DNA from: Candidatus Pacearchaeota archaeon
Lineage (GTDB): Archaea; Nanobdellota; Nanobdellia; Pacearchaeales; GW2011-AR1
DNA: 64,000 nt
Assembly: GCA_016188825.1 (NCBI GenBank)
Contig: JACPHA010000011.1
Coordinates: 80,317 to 144,316, forward strand
Direction: 5' to 3'
This document shows positions 40,476 through 49,924 of the stretch, one piece after another. The notes under the pieces were generated by a model, which worked only from the letters and a program-made list of their open reading frames with translations, made no database searches and was not told where the DNA came from. The position numbers and the translations under genes were made by a program. Each line of letters starts with the position of its first letter. The stretch's first letter is position 1.

Positions 40476-40571
40476 ATTACAGAGAATTGCATAGGATATG
40501 TCTCCTGTTTTTTGCAATTCTCTGTCTGTACAATTGCAAATAAATGTCACATAAGCAATGCAATTGTCCAT
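40476..40571 (+). repeat. R1 family copy (full)
   Basis: near-identical to 20772-20868. Confidence 0.7.
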
Positions 40572-40972
40572 AGCTTGAAAATCGGAATGAAGATTGTACG
40601 AAAAAATTAGTGAAACATTTGATAATTTGATTAAGAAAATTCTTGCTAATTCTGCTAGTAGATTGATACCCATTCTTAATTCCCCTTAACACCCTATGAT
40701 TACTTAATTTGTGTTAAAATTAGCTTATAAATCTTGCTGTTTTAAGGTTTATTTTACTTAATTTATATGATAAAACAAAGAGGAAAATTAGTGGAAAACG
40801 CACTAACTTTTAGTTATTATGTGTGGTTTAAGACCCTTTATTGGTGCTAAATCCCGCGCAATTACCATGAATTAATATCTTAAACTTATTGAGATAATCT
40901 TACGATTAGTGATGATAGAATTCTGTTTTATCACAAACCGGCTTAGCAACACTAAAAACAGAGTTTAAGCAA

Positions 40973-41359
40973 TCAGTTAAAAAATCTTCTAGATTTTTTC
41001 AAATTCTCGAATTTTTGGTATAACAATTCAACATTTCTTTCGCAGACATAATCGTGATGTCGAAATCCACCACCGAAGCTTTTTGGGATATGCATGAGTT
41101 CATGTATTATAACTTTGTCTTGCTCCTTTCTGCTTAATTTTTCAAATCTTTCAAGAAACTCAATTGCATAAAATGCATTTGTTTTCATTGCTTTTTGCAT
41201 TAATTTTCCTAGCGCATGGCATCTTGCAATTGTTATTCTTGATGAAGAGCCAAAACTTCTTAAACATTCAATTCTATCTATTTCCAGATGAAACATGTCT
41301 AATGTTTTGGCAATGTCAGTCATTCTTTCTTTCAAATCTGGCGCATGAACATATTTCAT
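40973..41359 (-). CDS. Putative zinc metallopeptidase/metal-dependent hydrolase (HExxH)
   Basis: 128 aa; HELMH motif. Confidence 0.4.
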   Translation of the reverse strand: MKYVHAPDLKERMTDIAKTLDMFHLEIDRIECLRSFGSSSRITIARCHALGKLMQKAMKTNAFYAIEFLERFEKLSRKEQDKVIIHELMHIPKSFGGGFRHHDYVCERNVELLYQKFENLKKSRRFFN

Positions 41360-41577
41360 TCTATTTTTACCTCAATTAGTTTATATTTAGAAGAGGGATT
41401 TTTAATCTTTATTGCGCCGTGGTTTATTTTGAATAATTTGGCTAGCAAATTAATTATTCTTATATTTGCTTTGTTATTTTTTGCAGGCTCTTTGAGCTCA
41501 ATAAAGTACTCATTTTCTGAAATTTTTTTTATTGCCTCTTTATTTGAGTTTGGCTTTACTTTAATTCTTATTATCAT
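41356..41577 (-). CDS. DUF167 (YggU/UPF0235) family protein
   Basis: 73 aa; IKVKPNSNKEAI...KANIRIINLLAK pattern. Confidence 0.5.
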   Translation of the reverse strand: MIIRIKVKPNSNKEAIKKISENEYFIELKEPAKNNKANIRIINLLAKLFKINHGAIKIKNPSSKYKLIEVKIE

Positions 41578-42130
41578 TATTAAATCCTAATTGGCTTGAA
41601 ATTCCTTGCAGGGAGCCGATTACCAAATCAAAATGCTCGTTTTCATTTACTTCAAGCTCTGCAATTCCTTTTATTATGTCCTCTCTATTTATATTCTTTG
41701 CAAAATCTTTTTTCTTCAGAGCTTTTTTTACAGATTCTTGAGTCATTGTTTTGAAATTGTCAGGGCGGACTTTTGCAAGCGCGACAATTAAGCCGCATAG
41801 TTCATCAACGGCAAACAAACACTTTGCCATTTTGCTATTTCTTTTTATTCCTGTTTTTTCATTATGAGCGAGGATTGCTTCTACAATTTTTTCATCATAT
41901 CCTTGTTTTCTTAACTCTTTGCAGCCTTCAGCTGGATGAATGTTTACGTCAGGGAATTTTTCATAATCCATATCATGAAGCAAACCACACATCCACCATA
42001 AATCTTTGTCTTCGCCATATTTTTTTGCATAAAATTCCATTGCGTAGGCCACAGCGAGGCAATGCTTCTTTAAACTATCAGAGGAAACCCACTCGTTCAG
42101 TAATTTTAAGGCGTCTTGTTTTTGGGGCAT
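41561..42130 (-). CDS. HD-domain phosphohydrolase
   Basis: 189 aa; H..HD metal-binding motif (LLHDMDY). Confidence 0.55.
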   Translation of the reverse strand: MPQKQDALKLLNEWVSSDSLKKHCLAVAYAMEFYAKKYGEDKDLWWMCGLLHDMDYEKFPDVNIHPAEGCKELRKQGYDEKIVEAILAHNEKTGIKRNSKMAKCLFAVDELCGLIVALAKVRPDNFKTMTQESVKKALKKKDFAKNINREDIIKGIAELEVNENEHFDLVIGSLQGISSQLGFNNDNKN

Positions 42131-42132
42131 TT

Positions 42133-43329
42133 TTATTTTGTCATGATTTCCAGACCATCTCGATGCTTTAATTTATAATCTTTTCCGACTGCTTTTTTTG
42201 TTCTTACATCAATTGCTTTCACGAAATTATTTCCAATGTCAGAGTGAAGGCGATAAGCGAAGTCTAGAGCTGTTGAGTGAGGAGGCATTAAAAAGCAATC
42301 AGGGAGGACATTTCCCTTGCTGTCTTCTAATTTATCTCCTGCCGGGAAAATTGCCAGATATTTTAGAATGTCGAGGACAATTTTGTTTAATACTTCTTGG
42401 ACACCAGTATAGCCGAATTCATCAAGGAATTTTTGTATCTGCTCTAATGCAGAGCGCTGTTTTTCATTTAAATTTTTTTTAATTTCAAACTTATTATTTC
42501 CGGGCAAATATTCAATTAAGCCTACTTTATCTGCTTCTCTTAATGCTAGTTCGCCGTCGGCAAAGCATGGGACTATAGGGTATGAGAACTCTTCTTTTAT
42601 TTTTTTCAGATTTTCCTTTGAATTTTTTTTGTCCATTTTATTTGCAGCGATTATCATCGGCTTGGTGTGTTTTCTTAACTCTCTAGCAAATTTGAATATT
42701 GTTTCATTACCCCATGATGCAGGTTTTTCCACATTGAAATTATTTTTTAAAATAACTTCTTTCACTTCATCTGCTTTGACTTTTAAGCCAGAAAATTGAG
42801 AAGCTACAGATTCAGCAAAATTTTTTTTCTTCATTTCTACAATCCGAGAAAAAGTTTTCCAGATTTTCATTAAAATTCCCAGATACCATAAATCTAATTC
42901 ATGCTCAATAACTTTTATGTCTTTTCCCGGATAATAATTTTCTGTTGGTCTTCCTTCTCCGTCTGTTTCTCCGCTCATGTCAACAATATGGATGAAAGCG
43001 TTTGCGCCCGCCAGATCATTCAAGAATTCATTTCCCAAGCCTTTGCCTTCGCTTGCTCCTTCAACTAGGCCAGCAACATCCATTAGTTCAAAAGGAACGA
43101 AGCGCCATTTTCCTTTTTCGCCTTTGACAAAACCTTCTCGTGGATTGCTTATTTTTCCGAATTCGGGAGCTAAGTCTAGAATTTTTATGTATGCAATGCC
43201 GTGGTTTGGTTTTATTGTTGCAAATGGGTAGTTAGCAATTAAAACATCTGATAGAGTTGCTGCTTTGAAAAATGTTGACTTGCCGCTGTTTGGTCTTCCG
43301 ACGAGGCCGATTAACATACAAAAAGACAA
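42133..43329 (-). CDS. ychF: YchF/OLA1-like Obg-family GTPase/ATPase with C-terminal TGS domain
   Basis: 398 aa; GLVGRPNSGKSTFF P-loop, ANYPFATIKPN, TGS-like C terminus. Confidence 0.75.
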   Translation of the reverse strand: MSFCMLIGLVGRPNSGKSTFFKAATLSDVLIANYPFATIKPNHGIAYIKILDLAPEFGKISNPREGFVKGEKGKWRFVPFELMDVAGLVEGASEGKGLGNEFLNDLAGANAFIHIVDMSGETDGEGRPTENYYPGKDIKVIEHELDLWYLGILMKIWKTFSRIVEMKKKNFAESVASQFSGLKVKADEVKEVILKNNFNVEKPASWGNETIFKFARELRKHTKPMIIAANKMDKKNSKENLKKIKEEFSYPIVPCFADGELALREADKVGLIEYLPGNNKFEIKKNLNEKQRSALEQIQKFLDEFGYTGVQEVLNKIVLDILKYLAIFPAGDKLEDSKGNVLPDCFLMPPHSTALDFAYRLHSDIGNNFVKAIDVRTKKAVGKDYKLKHRDGLEIMTK

Positions 43330-43373
43330 AAACGAAACTTTAAATAACTTATCTTTGAATCATAATATAAAAT

Positions 43374-43515
43374 GATCCCGTAGCTTAGCCTGGTCAGAGC
43401 GCCGGTCTTATATGACGTGCGTTTCTTCCTTGCTTAATTTGGGGAAGCAATGCAGAGCTTTATCGAGCAATTCGAAGAAAGCCGGAGGTCGGGAGTTCAA
43501 ATCTCCCCGGGATCA
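43374..43515 (+). tRNA. tRNA-Ile(UAU) with ~67-nt intron at canonical 37/38 position (about 43413-43479)
   Basis: Acceptor gatcccg/cgggatc + A73; D-arm; anticodon stem ccggt/gccgg across the intron with loop c-t-TAT-a; T-arm gggag-ttcaaat-ctccc. Confidence 0.5.
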
Positions 43516-43550
43516 TTTTTTTAATAATAAAGCTTTAATATCGGATTGGT

Positions 43551-44072
43551 TTGTTAATTACGATGAGTTTGCGTAACTTTTTAGATGATGCACAAGAATC
43601 TTTGTTTAGATTCGAATCTCTTCAGTATTATGAGATTGAAGAAGAAAAAGAATTTTTTCAGGACTACCTTAAAACAGGAAAGATTGATATTGTTGTTCTT
43701 AAAAACTGGCATGAATTTATTACTAGAAAAATGAGTCAAGGCGTAATTATGGAACGGATTAGATTAGTAAATCTTCCTTTGACAGATTATACAAAATGCG
43801 AGATTATGGTTTATCTAGAAAATATCAAACATGGAGAAGATATACGAATTATTACAGAGAAGGAATTTAATTCTTTTGATATAGAACAAAAAGACTTTTG
43901 GCTCACTGATGATAAAATAGTTATCAAAATGAATTATAATTTAAAGGGAGAATATTTAGGATCTGATTTGGCGTTCGATAACGATATAAAAAAATATGTA
44001 AATTATAAAAAACTTTTAATTAATAATTCTGTTTTATGTAAAAGATTTTGTAAAACGAAACATTTAAAATAA
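43551..44072 (+). CDS. Hypothetical protein
   Basis: 173 aa ORF. Confidence 0.35.
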   Translation: MLITMSLRNFLDDAQESLFRFESLQYYEIEEEKEFFQDYLKTGKIDIVVLKNWHEFITRKMSQGVIMERIRLVNLPLTDYTKCEIMVYLENIKHGEDIRIITEKEFNSFDIEQKDFWLTDDKIVIKMNYNLKGEYLGSDLAFDNDIKKYVNYKKLLINNSVLCKRFCKTKHLK

Positions 44073-44107
44073 ACTTTTTCTTGATCATATGATAAAAAAG
44101 AAGGAAA

Positions 44108-44392
44108 ATGGCCAAGAAAAAAAAGAAGAAATTTGTTAAGAGGCAGACAGATAAAACAAGGACAATGGCGATAATCGGACTTTTGCTGAACATATTGATT
44201 CTTCCTGGCGTTGGAACGCTAATTGCGGGAAAAACAAAAGAGGGAATTTGGCAGATTGTTTTGTCAGTTATAGGTTTAATATTTTATTTTGCCACATTTG
44301 GTTTGTTTAGAATTGGTGTTGTGTTTTTGTTTGTCGCATGGATTTGGGGTTTGATTTCTGGGGTGAAACTGATTGAGAAATATAAGGGATGA
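44108..44392 (+). CDS. Small membrane protein (TM2-domain-like)
   Basis: 94 aa; K-rich N terminus then two hydrophobic helices. Confidence 0.4.
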   Translation: MAKKKKKKFVKRQTDKTRTMAIIGLLLNILILPGVGTLIAGKTKEGIWQIVLSVIGLIFYFATFGLFRIGVVFLFVAWIWGLISGVKLIEKYKG

Positions 44393-44577
44393 TTAATTAA
44401 TTTTATCACAAATTAAATATTTTGAAATAAAGGACATGTACACAAATTACAAAGACAGATCAATTATTAATATTTTTAAATTAATTAATTTCCAAAATCT
44501 ATTTTATATCATGGTTATAGTGATTATTTAATCACCCTACTGAAAACAGGTATTTATTTCCGATAATCACCCAAATT

Positions 44578-45519
44578 TTATTTCTGGCACAAAATCAAGG
44601 CATATTCATTGGCTTTGTCCTTGACTAATTTAACTTCTTTGAAGTACATTTTGCAAAAATCTTGAAGTTCTTTTGCATAGTACTTGTATAAAATTGCGAC
44701 GATTATTTCGTCTCCTTTTTTTATTTTTATTTTATTTCCTTTGTACAGGAGAGTTTTATCTTTTTTTACTTTGAAGAAACATTCAACACGCGAGTTTCCG
44801 AATCTTGTGTCGTATTCAACTTCTCTTGGTTTAAAACCAACTTCTCTGATAAGATGAATCAGCCATTTTTTAAATAATGGGTGCCGGTACGATTTGATAT
44901 TTTGAAGCCTCTCTCCTGTTCTTATACCATTGCCTATTATTATTCTGTCTCCATTGAACATTGCCTGGCTTAAATTAAACAAGTAATCGTGAATTTCATA
45001 GCTTGCGATTATTGAGCCCAGAAGAAGAATTAGGTTTTTTTGATATCGGCCATTTTTCACCATGCTCGACACTTCTCCGAGAGATTCTAAATCAGCAAGG
45101 TGAGGATAATATTCTATTATATTGCTGAATCTTTTTTTATTCATTTTTTTACTTATTAAATCATTTAAATATCTGTGAGGGTTTACGGGGCAGAAACGCA
45201 TCTTAAAATTTTTCCCTATTGATTTAAGGAAAAATTCTACTTTTTTTCCGTCACCACAGCCCATCACTATTAAATTGAAAGGCTCTTTTTCAAGACCGCC
45301 AAGAAATTTTTTTGCATGTTTTTTTATTAATGAATCTTCTATTTCGATAATTGTTTTTTTGTATCTTGGATGGTCTCTTACTCGGAGAGAAGCTTTTGCG
45401 AGGTTTGACGTCATGTAAAGAAAACTTCTGTTTGCGAGGTTCCAGACTTTGTTATTCAAATTATTTTTTGCATATCCATTCTTTACTAGATGCTGGAATA
45501 GGGATTCTTTGAGTTCCAT
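44578..45519 (-). CDS. Putative SAM-dependent methyltransferase-like protein
   Basis: 313 aa; LIVMGCGDGKK glycine-rich motif; family assignment uncertain. Confidence 0.35.
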   Translation of the reverse strand: MELKESLFQHLVKNGYAKNNLNNKVWNLANRSFLYMTSNLAKASLRVRDHPRYKKTIIEIEDSLIKKHAKKFLGGLEKEPFNLIVMGCGDGKKVEFFLKSIGKNFKMRFCPVNPHRYLNDLISKKMNKKRFSNIIEYYPHLADLESLGEVSSMVKNGRYQKNLILLLGSIIASYEIHDYLFNLSQAMFNGDRIIIGNGIRTGERLQNIKSYRHPLFKKWLIHLIREVGFKPREVEYDTRFGNSRVECFFKVKKDKTLLYKGNKIKIKKGDEIIVAILYKYYAKELQDFCKMYFKEVKLVKDKANEYALILCQK

Positions 45520-45786
45520 TTTACCATATTTAACTAACGTATCTTATCTTTATAGTTTTTTCTATAAAATTTTCATCAATCTTGATAAAGAGCAATCTGT
45601 AGGCTTTTTAAAATTAACTCAACACTCTGAAATTATAGTTCAGGACTTAAATTTTTAACTGCCGCTATTACGTTCCGCGAATATGTCTAAAGTTTGTACG
45701 ATGGGTAATTAAGGACTTTAGTTATACTTCATAGAATTTTTTTGAAAAGCAAACTTTTAAAAGTGAATTTCTCCAGTTTTTTAAAA

Positions 45787-45830
45787 GCCCCTGTAGTCTA
45801 GAGGCCAAGGACACGGCCCTTTCGCGGCGG
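45787..45830 (+). other. attL: 5' half of host tRNA-Glu(UUC) (acceptor, D-arm, 5' anticodon stem, anticodon loop) fused to element-derived arm
   Basis: gcccctg-ta-gtct-agaggccaa-ggac-a-cggcc-ctTTCgc then ggcgg (non-tRNA arm); no T-arm follows. Confidence 0.7.
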
Positions 45831-45910
45831 AGAAGAAAAATCGCCACCCGTGAAGGGCGGAGAAAGCTAGGCGAAAAGCCCTTAAAGGGCGGAGAAGATA
45901 GAAACCACAT

Positions 45911-45983
45911 GCCCGATTAGTCTAGTGGTCAAGGACGAGGCCCTTTCGCGGCCTAAACCCGGGTTCGAATCCCGGATCGGGCA
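45911..45983 (+). tRNA. tRNA-Glu(UUC), intact, element-borne (diverged from host copy)
   Basis: gcccgat-ta-gtct-agtggtcaa-ggac-g-aggcc-ctTTCgc-ggcct-aaac-ccggg-ttcgaat-cccgg-atcgggc-a. Confidence 0.8.
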
Positions 45984-45991
45984 TTATTATT

Positions 45992-46984
45992 TTGAAGTCT
46001 TCGGACCAAATGAAAAGAGACGAAGAAGTTCAAAAAAAGAAACAGAAAGCAGATTTGAACCTAATAGTGTTCAAACTTCTAGAGAGAGGCGTCAGGCCAT
46101 CGAAGATGTGCGAGGTGCTGAATCTGAAAAAGACAGCGCTTCAATATTATTTATCAACGCTAAAGAGAAATGGATTTATCAAAAAAGTTGGATATGGCGT
46201 TTGGGAAATTACCAAGAATTATGATCCTAAAGAAGTTCAAAAGTCAACACAGGTAGCTCCTGCTGTCATTGGTGAAGATTTGAACTTGTTAAAAGAAGAT
46301 TACGTGCGAGCTCACGCTTTCATGTTTACTTTGAAAATTCCAGAAATAAAAGACTGGAACCGCAGGGAAGAAATTTTGGATAACCATGCTATCAAATATA
46401 TTTCTCTTGGCAATCTGGGCGGTGGACAGAAACTCGTATTTAAGGGCCGCAATGTGCATCTCAAGAACAATTCAATTATTGTATACGAAAAATCAAGCTA
46501 CTTTTCGCAGTTTGCAAAAAAGGCGCAACAGCACTCTGTGTATGACTATCTGAAGCTAATCAGGAGCTTGGAGAAGTTCCTAGGGATTGATTTCTCGTTC
46601 AAGGGGCATTACAAGTTCAAAGTTTCAAGACAACATTATTCTCTGGTAAAAAACGCTCTCGCAAAGCAGTATGATGAGGAAGGGAAGAAATTGAGCGTTT
46701 ACAATGCGCAAGGGCTATGGTTCATCATTGATAACTCATTTAATTTGCATGAAGCGGAAGCCATCCATCCAAAAACTGCTCTCGAAGATATTGAGAAAGT
46801 ACAGGATTTCTTTAATGAACTAAAAATCAATCCGATGACTACAACGGAAATTAAACAGAACTTCACCGAAATCAATGAACTTCTAAAGCAATCTTCAAGG
46901 AGCCAAGTTGACACGGCCATGGTTTTGCAACAACTTGATGGCAACGTAAAACAAATTGTCAAAATACTAGGAGAGAGAAAATGA
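45992..46984 (+). CDS. Element protein with N-terminal winged-HTH DNA-binding domain
   Basis: 330 aa; wHTH-like N-terminus (VFKLLERG..PSKMCEVLNLKKTALQYYLSTLKRNGFIKKVGYGVWEI). Confidence 0.45.
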   Translation: MKSSDQMKRDEEVQKKKQKADLNLIVFKLLERGVRPSKMCEVLNLKKTALQYYLSTLKRNGFIKKVGYGVWEITKNYDPKEVQKSTQVAPAVIGEDLNLLKEDYVRAHAFMFTLKIPEIKDWNRREEILDNHAIKYISLGNLGGGQKLVFKGRNVHLKNNSIIVYEKSSYFSQFAKKAQQHSVYDYLKLIRSLEKFLGIDFSFKGHYKFKVSRQHYSLVKNALAKQYDEEGKKLSVYNAQGLWFIIDNSFNLHEAEAIHPKTALEDIEKVQDFFNELKINPMTTTEIKQNFTEINELLKQSSRSQVDTAMVLQQLDGNVKQIVKILGERK

Positions 46985-47232
46985 AAGATTCAATATACTT
47001 AATATTCAATAGACACGGAGTTAGAGGATTCAGAAAAACTCTTCCTAAACTAAGTTCTGGAGAATTTGCAACAAAGCTAACTCTAAAGGTAGATGACAAG
47101 TTCTTCAAACAAATCGTTCCAGAAGCAACAATGGAATTAGATGATAAGTTCATTATTGAACCGAAAATAGAGTTATCGCCAGAAGTGAAGCTAGAGGAAA
47201 CAAAGAGGGCAGAACATGAAACAGGACCATAG
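46981..47232 (+). CDS. Small element ORF
   Basis: 83 aa, overlaps upstream stop by 4 bp. Confidence 0.3.
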   Translation: MKDSIYLIFNRHGVRGFRKTLPKLSSGEFATKLTLKVDDKFFKQIVPEATMELDDKFIIEPKIELSPEVKLEETKRAEHETGP

Positions 47233-47413
47233 AAGAATAAGCAAAGAAAAGCATGAAATAGCATACATCAGAAAACTAGCCAGAGAAGAACTACAGGCAA
47301 GCTCACGTACAGGAAGGTCGGAAAGGATCGCAAGAGCATTTCTCAAAGTTACTAGGGGGTACTCAAAGAAACGCTGATGGAAGAGGAAGAAGAATTGATG
47401 CCTTGGGATGTAG

Positions 47414-47902
47414 ATGAAGAAAATGATGCTAGTGAGTCTGACGAAGACTGGGAGAGTGATGAAGATGACTGATAAGAGCTGGAAGCAATTGGAAAGGAGA
47501 GTTGCACGATGGATGGGCGGAGTAAGAGTTCCACTAAGCGGAGCAAATAATAAGTTTAGATCGGGGGATGTTGATCACCCTTCTTTATTCATTGAAGTTA
47601 AGCAACGTGCCAACTTAGGCTTCTTGAAATGGTTTGAGAAAGCGCAGGAAGATAGTGAAAAAGAACTTAAGGGTGTACCAAAACAAGAACAGAAAAAGAT
47701 CTTGCTTGTAGTTCACGAAAAGAAATCTCATAAGGTCTTTGGTATGATGAGATTACTTGACATTTGCCAATGGGACGCAATGGAGCAAGCTCTCTATAAA
47801 TTGAAGCAAGAAAATCCCCAAGCCTATTCTGCTTTCTTAGAATCATATGCTAATGAAATGCAAAAGAGGTGCCCAGGTGAAGAACGAAAATCAGGAAATT
47901 AA
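47414..47902 (+). CDS. Hjc/VRR-NUC-like PD-(D/E)xK nuclease (Holliday-junction resolvase-like)
   Basis: ..ERRVARWMGGVRVPLSGA..GDVDHPSLFIEVKQR.. matches Hjc E-R, S-G, D, E-V-K catalytic pattern. Confidence 0.45.
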   Translation: MKKMMLVSLTKTGRVMKMTDKSWKQLERRVARWMGGVRVPLSGANNKFRSGDVDHPSLFIEVKQRANLGFLKWFEKAQEDSEKELKGVPKQEQKKILLVVHEKKSHKVFGMMRLLDICQWDAMEQALYKLKQENPQAYSAFLESYANEMQKRCPGEERKSGN

Positions 47903-48030
47903 AAAAATAAACAAAACGCTGGAAAGCATTCGAACATTCATCATAGCAGAGGCTCAATTAACAAAACAGATTAATCTCGGCATTCAAGAAGTAATTCGAG
48001 AATTGAAAGCTCTAAAGGGGGTGGCTGAAA

Positions 48031-48318
48031 ATGGTATTTCAATACCTAGTAAGAGAGAGGTATCATAAGATGTTAAAATACATTAGGAGAAGAAAGCCGA
48101 ACATGAGGCAGATTGCTAGAGAAACGCATTTTGCATATCAATGGGTGAGAGAGATCATGCTTGAATTTGAAAAGAGTGGATTGATTGATCCAGTCTTTAA
48201 CAATCCGGAATATGAGAAAAGGGATTACAATATTTCTTTCACAGAAAAGGGGCTCAAGTTGTTGGACTATATAGAATCAATACAAAAAATAACGGAGGTG
48301 AAAATAAAACATGACTGA
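48031..48318 (+). CDS. Small winged-HTH (MarR/TrmB-like) protein
   Basis: 95 aa; MRQIARETHFAYQWVREIMLEFEKSGLI. Confidence 0.4.
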   Translation: MVFQYLVRERYHKMLKYIRRRKPNMRQIARETHFAYQWVREIMLEFEKSGLIDPVFNNPEYEKRDYNISFTEKGLKLLDYIESIQKITEVKIKHD

Positions 48319-48751
48319 TGAAAATGAAGGGGTTAAGCTTTCTTATGATGAGCGAAGAAAGGAATTGACTCGCGAAGTTACAGCCGAAAAGGAAGATGAA
48401 ACAACTCTGTGGAAGATTACTCTTAAAGAAAATGGAATCAAGAGAATCTTTGATGGTTTAAAGAACGATAAGAAAGATCTTCAAAGAGCATTAGGCAGAC
48501 AAGAGGATCTTCTGTCACAATTGACAAAACAAGAGAGTGATGTCGAGAAAGTTGAGCTTACCGAGGAGCAGATTAAACTCAAGGAAAACATCATCGCTTT
48601 GCAGAAGGATGACAAGTACAATAACTGGAAGAAAAAAGTCGACAATACAAATGAACAGTTAGAGAACATCAAGAATGAAATCAAGGAGAAAAATAAACTG
48701 ATTCAGGAAATAAAAAACAAAGCGAGGAACCTGAACTTGAGCGATATTTGA
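48311..48751 (+). CDS. Coiled-coil protein
   Basis: 146 aa, E/K-rich heptad-like. Confidence 0.3.
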   Translation: MTDENEGVKLSYDERRKELTREVTAEKEDETTLWKITLKENGIKRIFDGLKNDKKDLQRALGRQEDLLSQLTKQESDVEKVELTEEQIKLKENIIALQKDDKYNNWKKKVDNTNEQLENIKNEIKEKNKLIQEIKNKARNLNLSDI

Positions 48752-48757
48752 GGTAAA

Positions 48758-49306
48758 ATGGCAAAGGAACTTGAAATAAAATACATTGAACTTTCCGAGA
48801 TAATTCCATACGAAAGAAACCCGAGAAAGAACGATAAAGCGGTTGATGTAGTTGCAAAATCAATTAAAGAGTTGGCTGGAGATAGAGAATTGGTCAGCAC
48901 AAATTATTATGTTGCTCCATTAGACATAAAAGCCGATGAAGAAAAGTACTGGGCTCATCAAAGGTTTCTCAACAAGTTGAGACAAATTCCAAAGTTTGAA
49001 GTTGTATTATGCACTCTAAAGAAATTAAAAGCAGACGGTGGAAAATACGTATATGTAGTGAAGGGAGATGATGTAAAGATGTCAAACGCTTTGCTTATGG
49101 GAGCAGTCGATAATTTATACGATACTGCAATAGTAATTAGCGGTGACGAAGACTTTATTGATTCAATAAACATTGTAAGAAAGAGATACAAAAAGAAAAT
49201 AGGGAATGCTTATTTCAGTAAAAGTTCTTCATCAAACTTAAGAAATGCATGTGACTTTACTATAAACTTGGATAAGATCTTAGATAAAATTGTAGATAAG
49301 AAGTGA
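48758..49306 (+). CDS. ParB-like N-terminal domain fused to NYN/LabA-like nuclease domain
   Basis: IELSEIIPYERNPR (ParB/Srx motif) and ..VYVVKGDDV..AIVISGDEDFIDSINIVRKRYKK (LabA/NYN pattern). Confidence 0.4.
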   Translation: MAKELEIKYIELSEIIPYERNPRKNDKAVDVVAKSIKELAGDRELVSTNYYVAPLDIKADEEKYWAHQRFLNKLRQIPKFEVVLCTLKKLKADGGKYVYVVKGDDVKMSNALLMGAVDNLYDTAIVISGDEDFIDSINIVRKRYKKKIGNAYFSKSSSSNLRNACDFTINLDKILDKIVDKK

Positions 49307-49735
49307 ACATGAGAGCTCAGTATTGCCGAAGCCATACTGAGCATTAACAATAAACTAGAGTTTTAGAAATTTATAAACCTTCCGCTTTCGCATATTTCCA
49401 GCCCATGTGCTCGTATATCTCCTCTACTATAGCCAACTGTCCTTCTCCTTCTTCGGTCAGGTCTTTCTTCTTTCTTAAGTTTAGACAGTCCTTGCGGCAC
49501 TCTTCCAAATACTTCTTTAGCTTTTTTAATTCTTTGTCCATCTTTGTTCCTATTAACCATAGCTCCTATTATACCTTATTTGTCTGCTCGCTCCTTAGCC
49601 ATTTTTTCAAATATAACTATGAGTGTTTTGACTTCTATAAAATCACGAGAACTTCTAGTATTGCTTTTTAAGGAATCAATAACACCTTGAAGATCTGATG
49701 AAACAAGTCGATATTTGATATTACTAAAAGCCGCT

Positions 49736-49924
49736 TCAATATGTCCTTTTTTCATGATTATAACCTCCCTTCTCTAATTTGTAATAAATAAAGCAAACCC
49801 AAGTGCCGTCTTTTTTTTGTATTGGTTGGGAAGCAAAGAAATCTTTCTCACATTCGTTCATCTTTTTGATGAGCTCAAACTCATTGCTAGCAACTATGGC
49901 AAAGACTCTTGTATCTTTAGGCAT
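49736..49924 (-). CDS. Small protein upstream-overlapping integrase gene
   Basis: 62 aa, overlaps integrase start by 8 bp. Confidence 0.3.
   Translation of the reverse strand: MPKDTRVFAIVASNEFELIKKMNECEKDFFASQPIQKKDGTWVCFIYYKLEKGGYNHEKRTY

Noticed and set aside
40422-40692. ORFs 40422-40673 and 40477-40692 (minus)
   Set aside because: Lie entirely over the R1 repeat copy; identical pseudo-proteins (MDNCIAYVTFICNCTDRELQKTGDISYAIL..) arise at every R1 copy (also 20646-20993 and 9232-9329 regions)
45925-46224. 99-aa ORF overlapping the intact tRNA-Glu and the start of the 330-aa wHTH gene
   Set aside because: Reads through a tRNA gene in another frame; the downstream 45992 ORF is the real CDS
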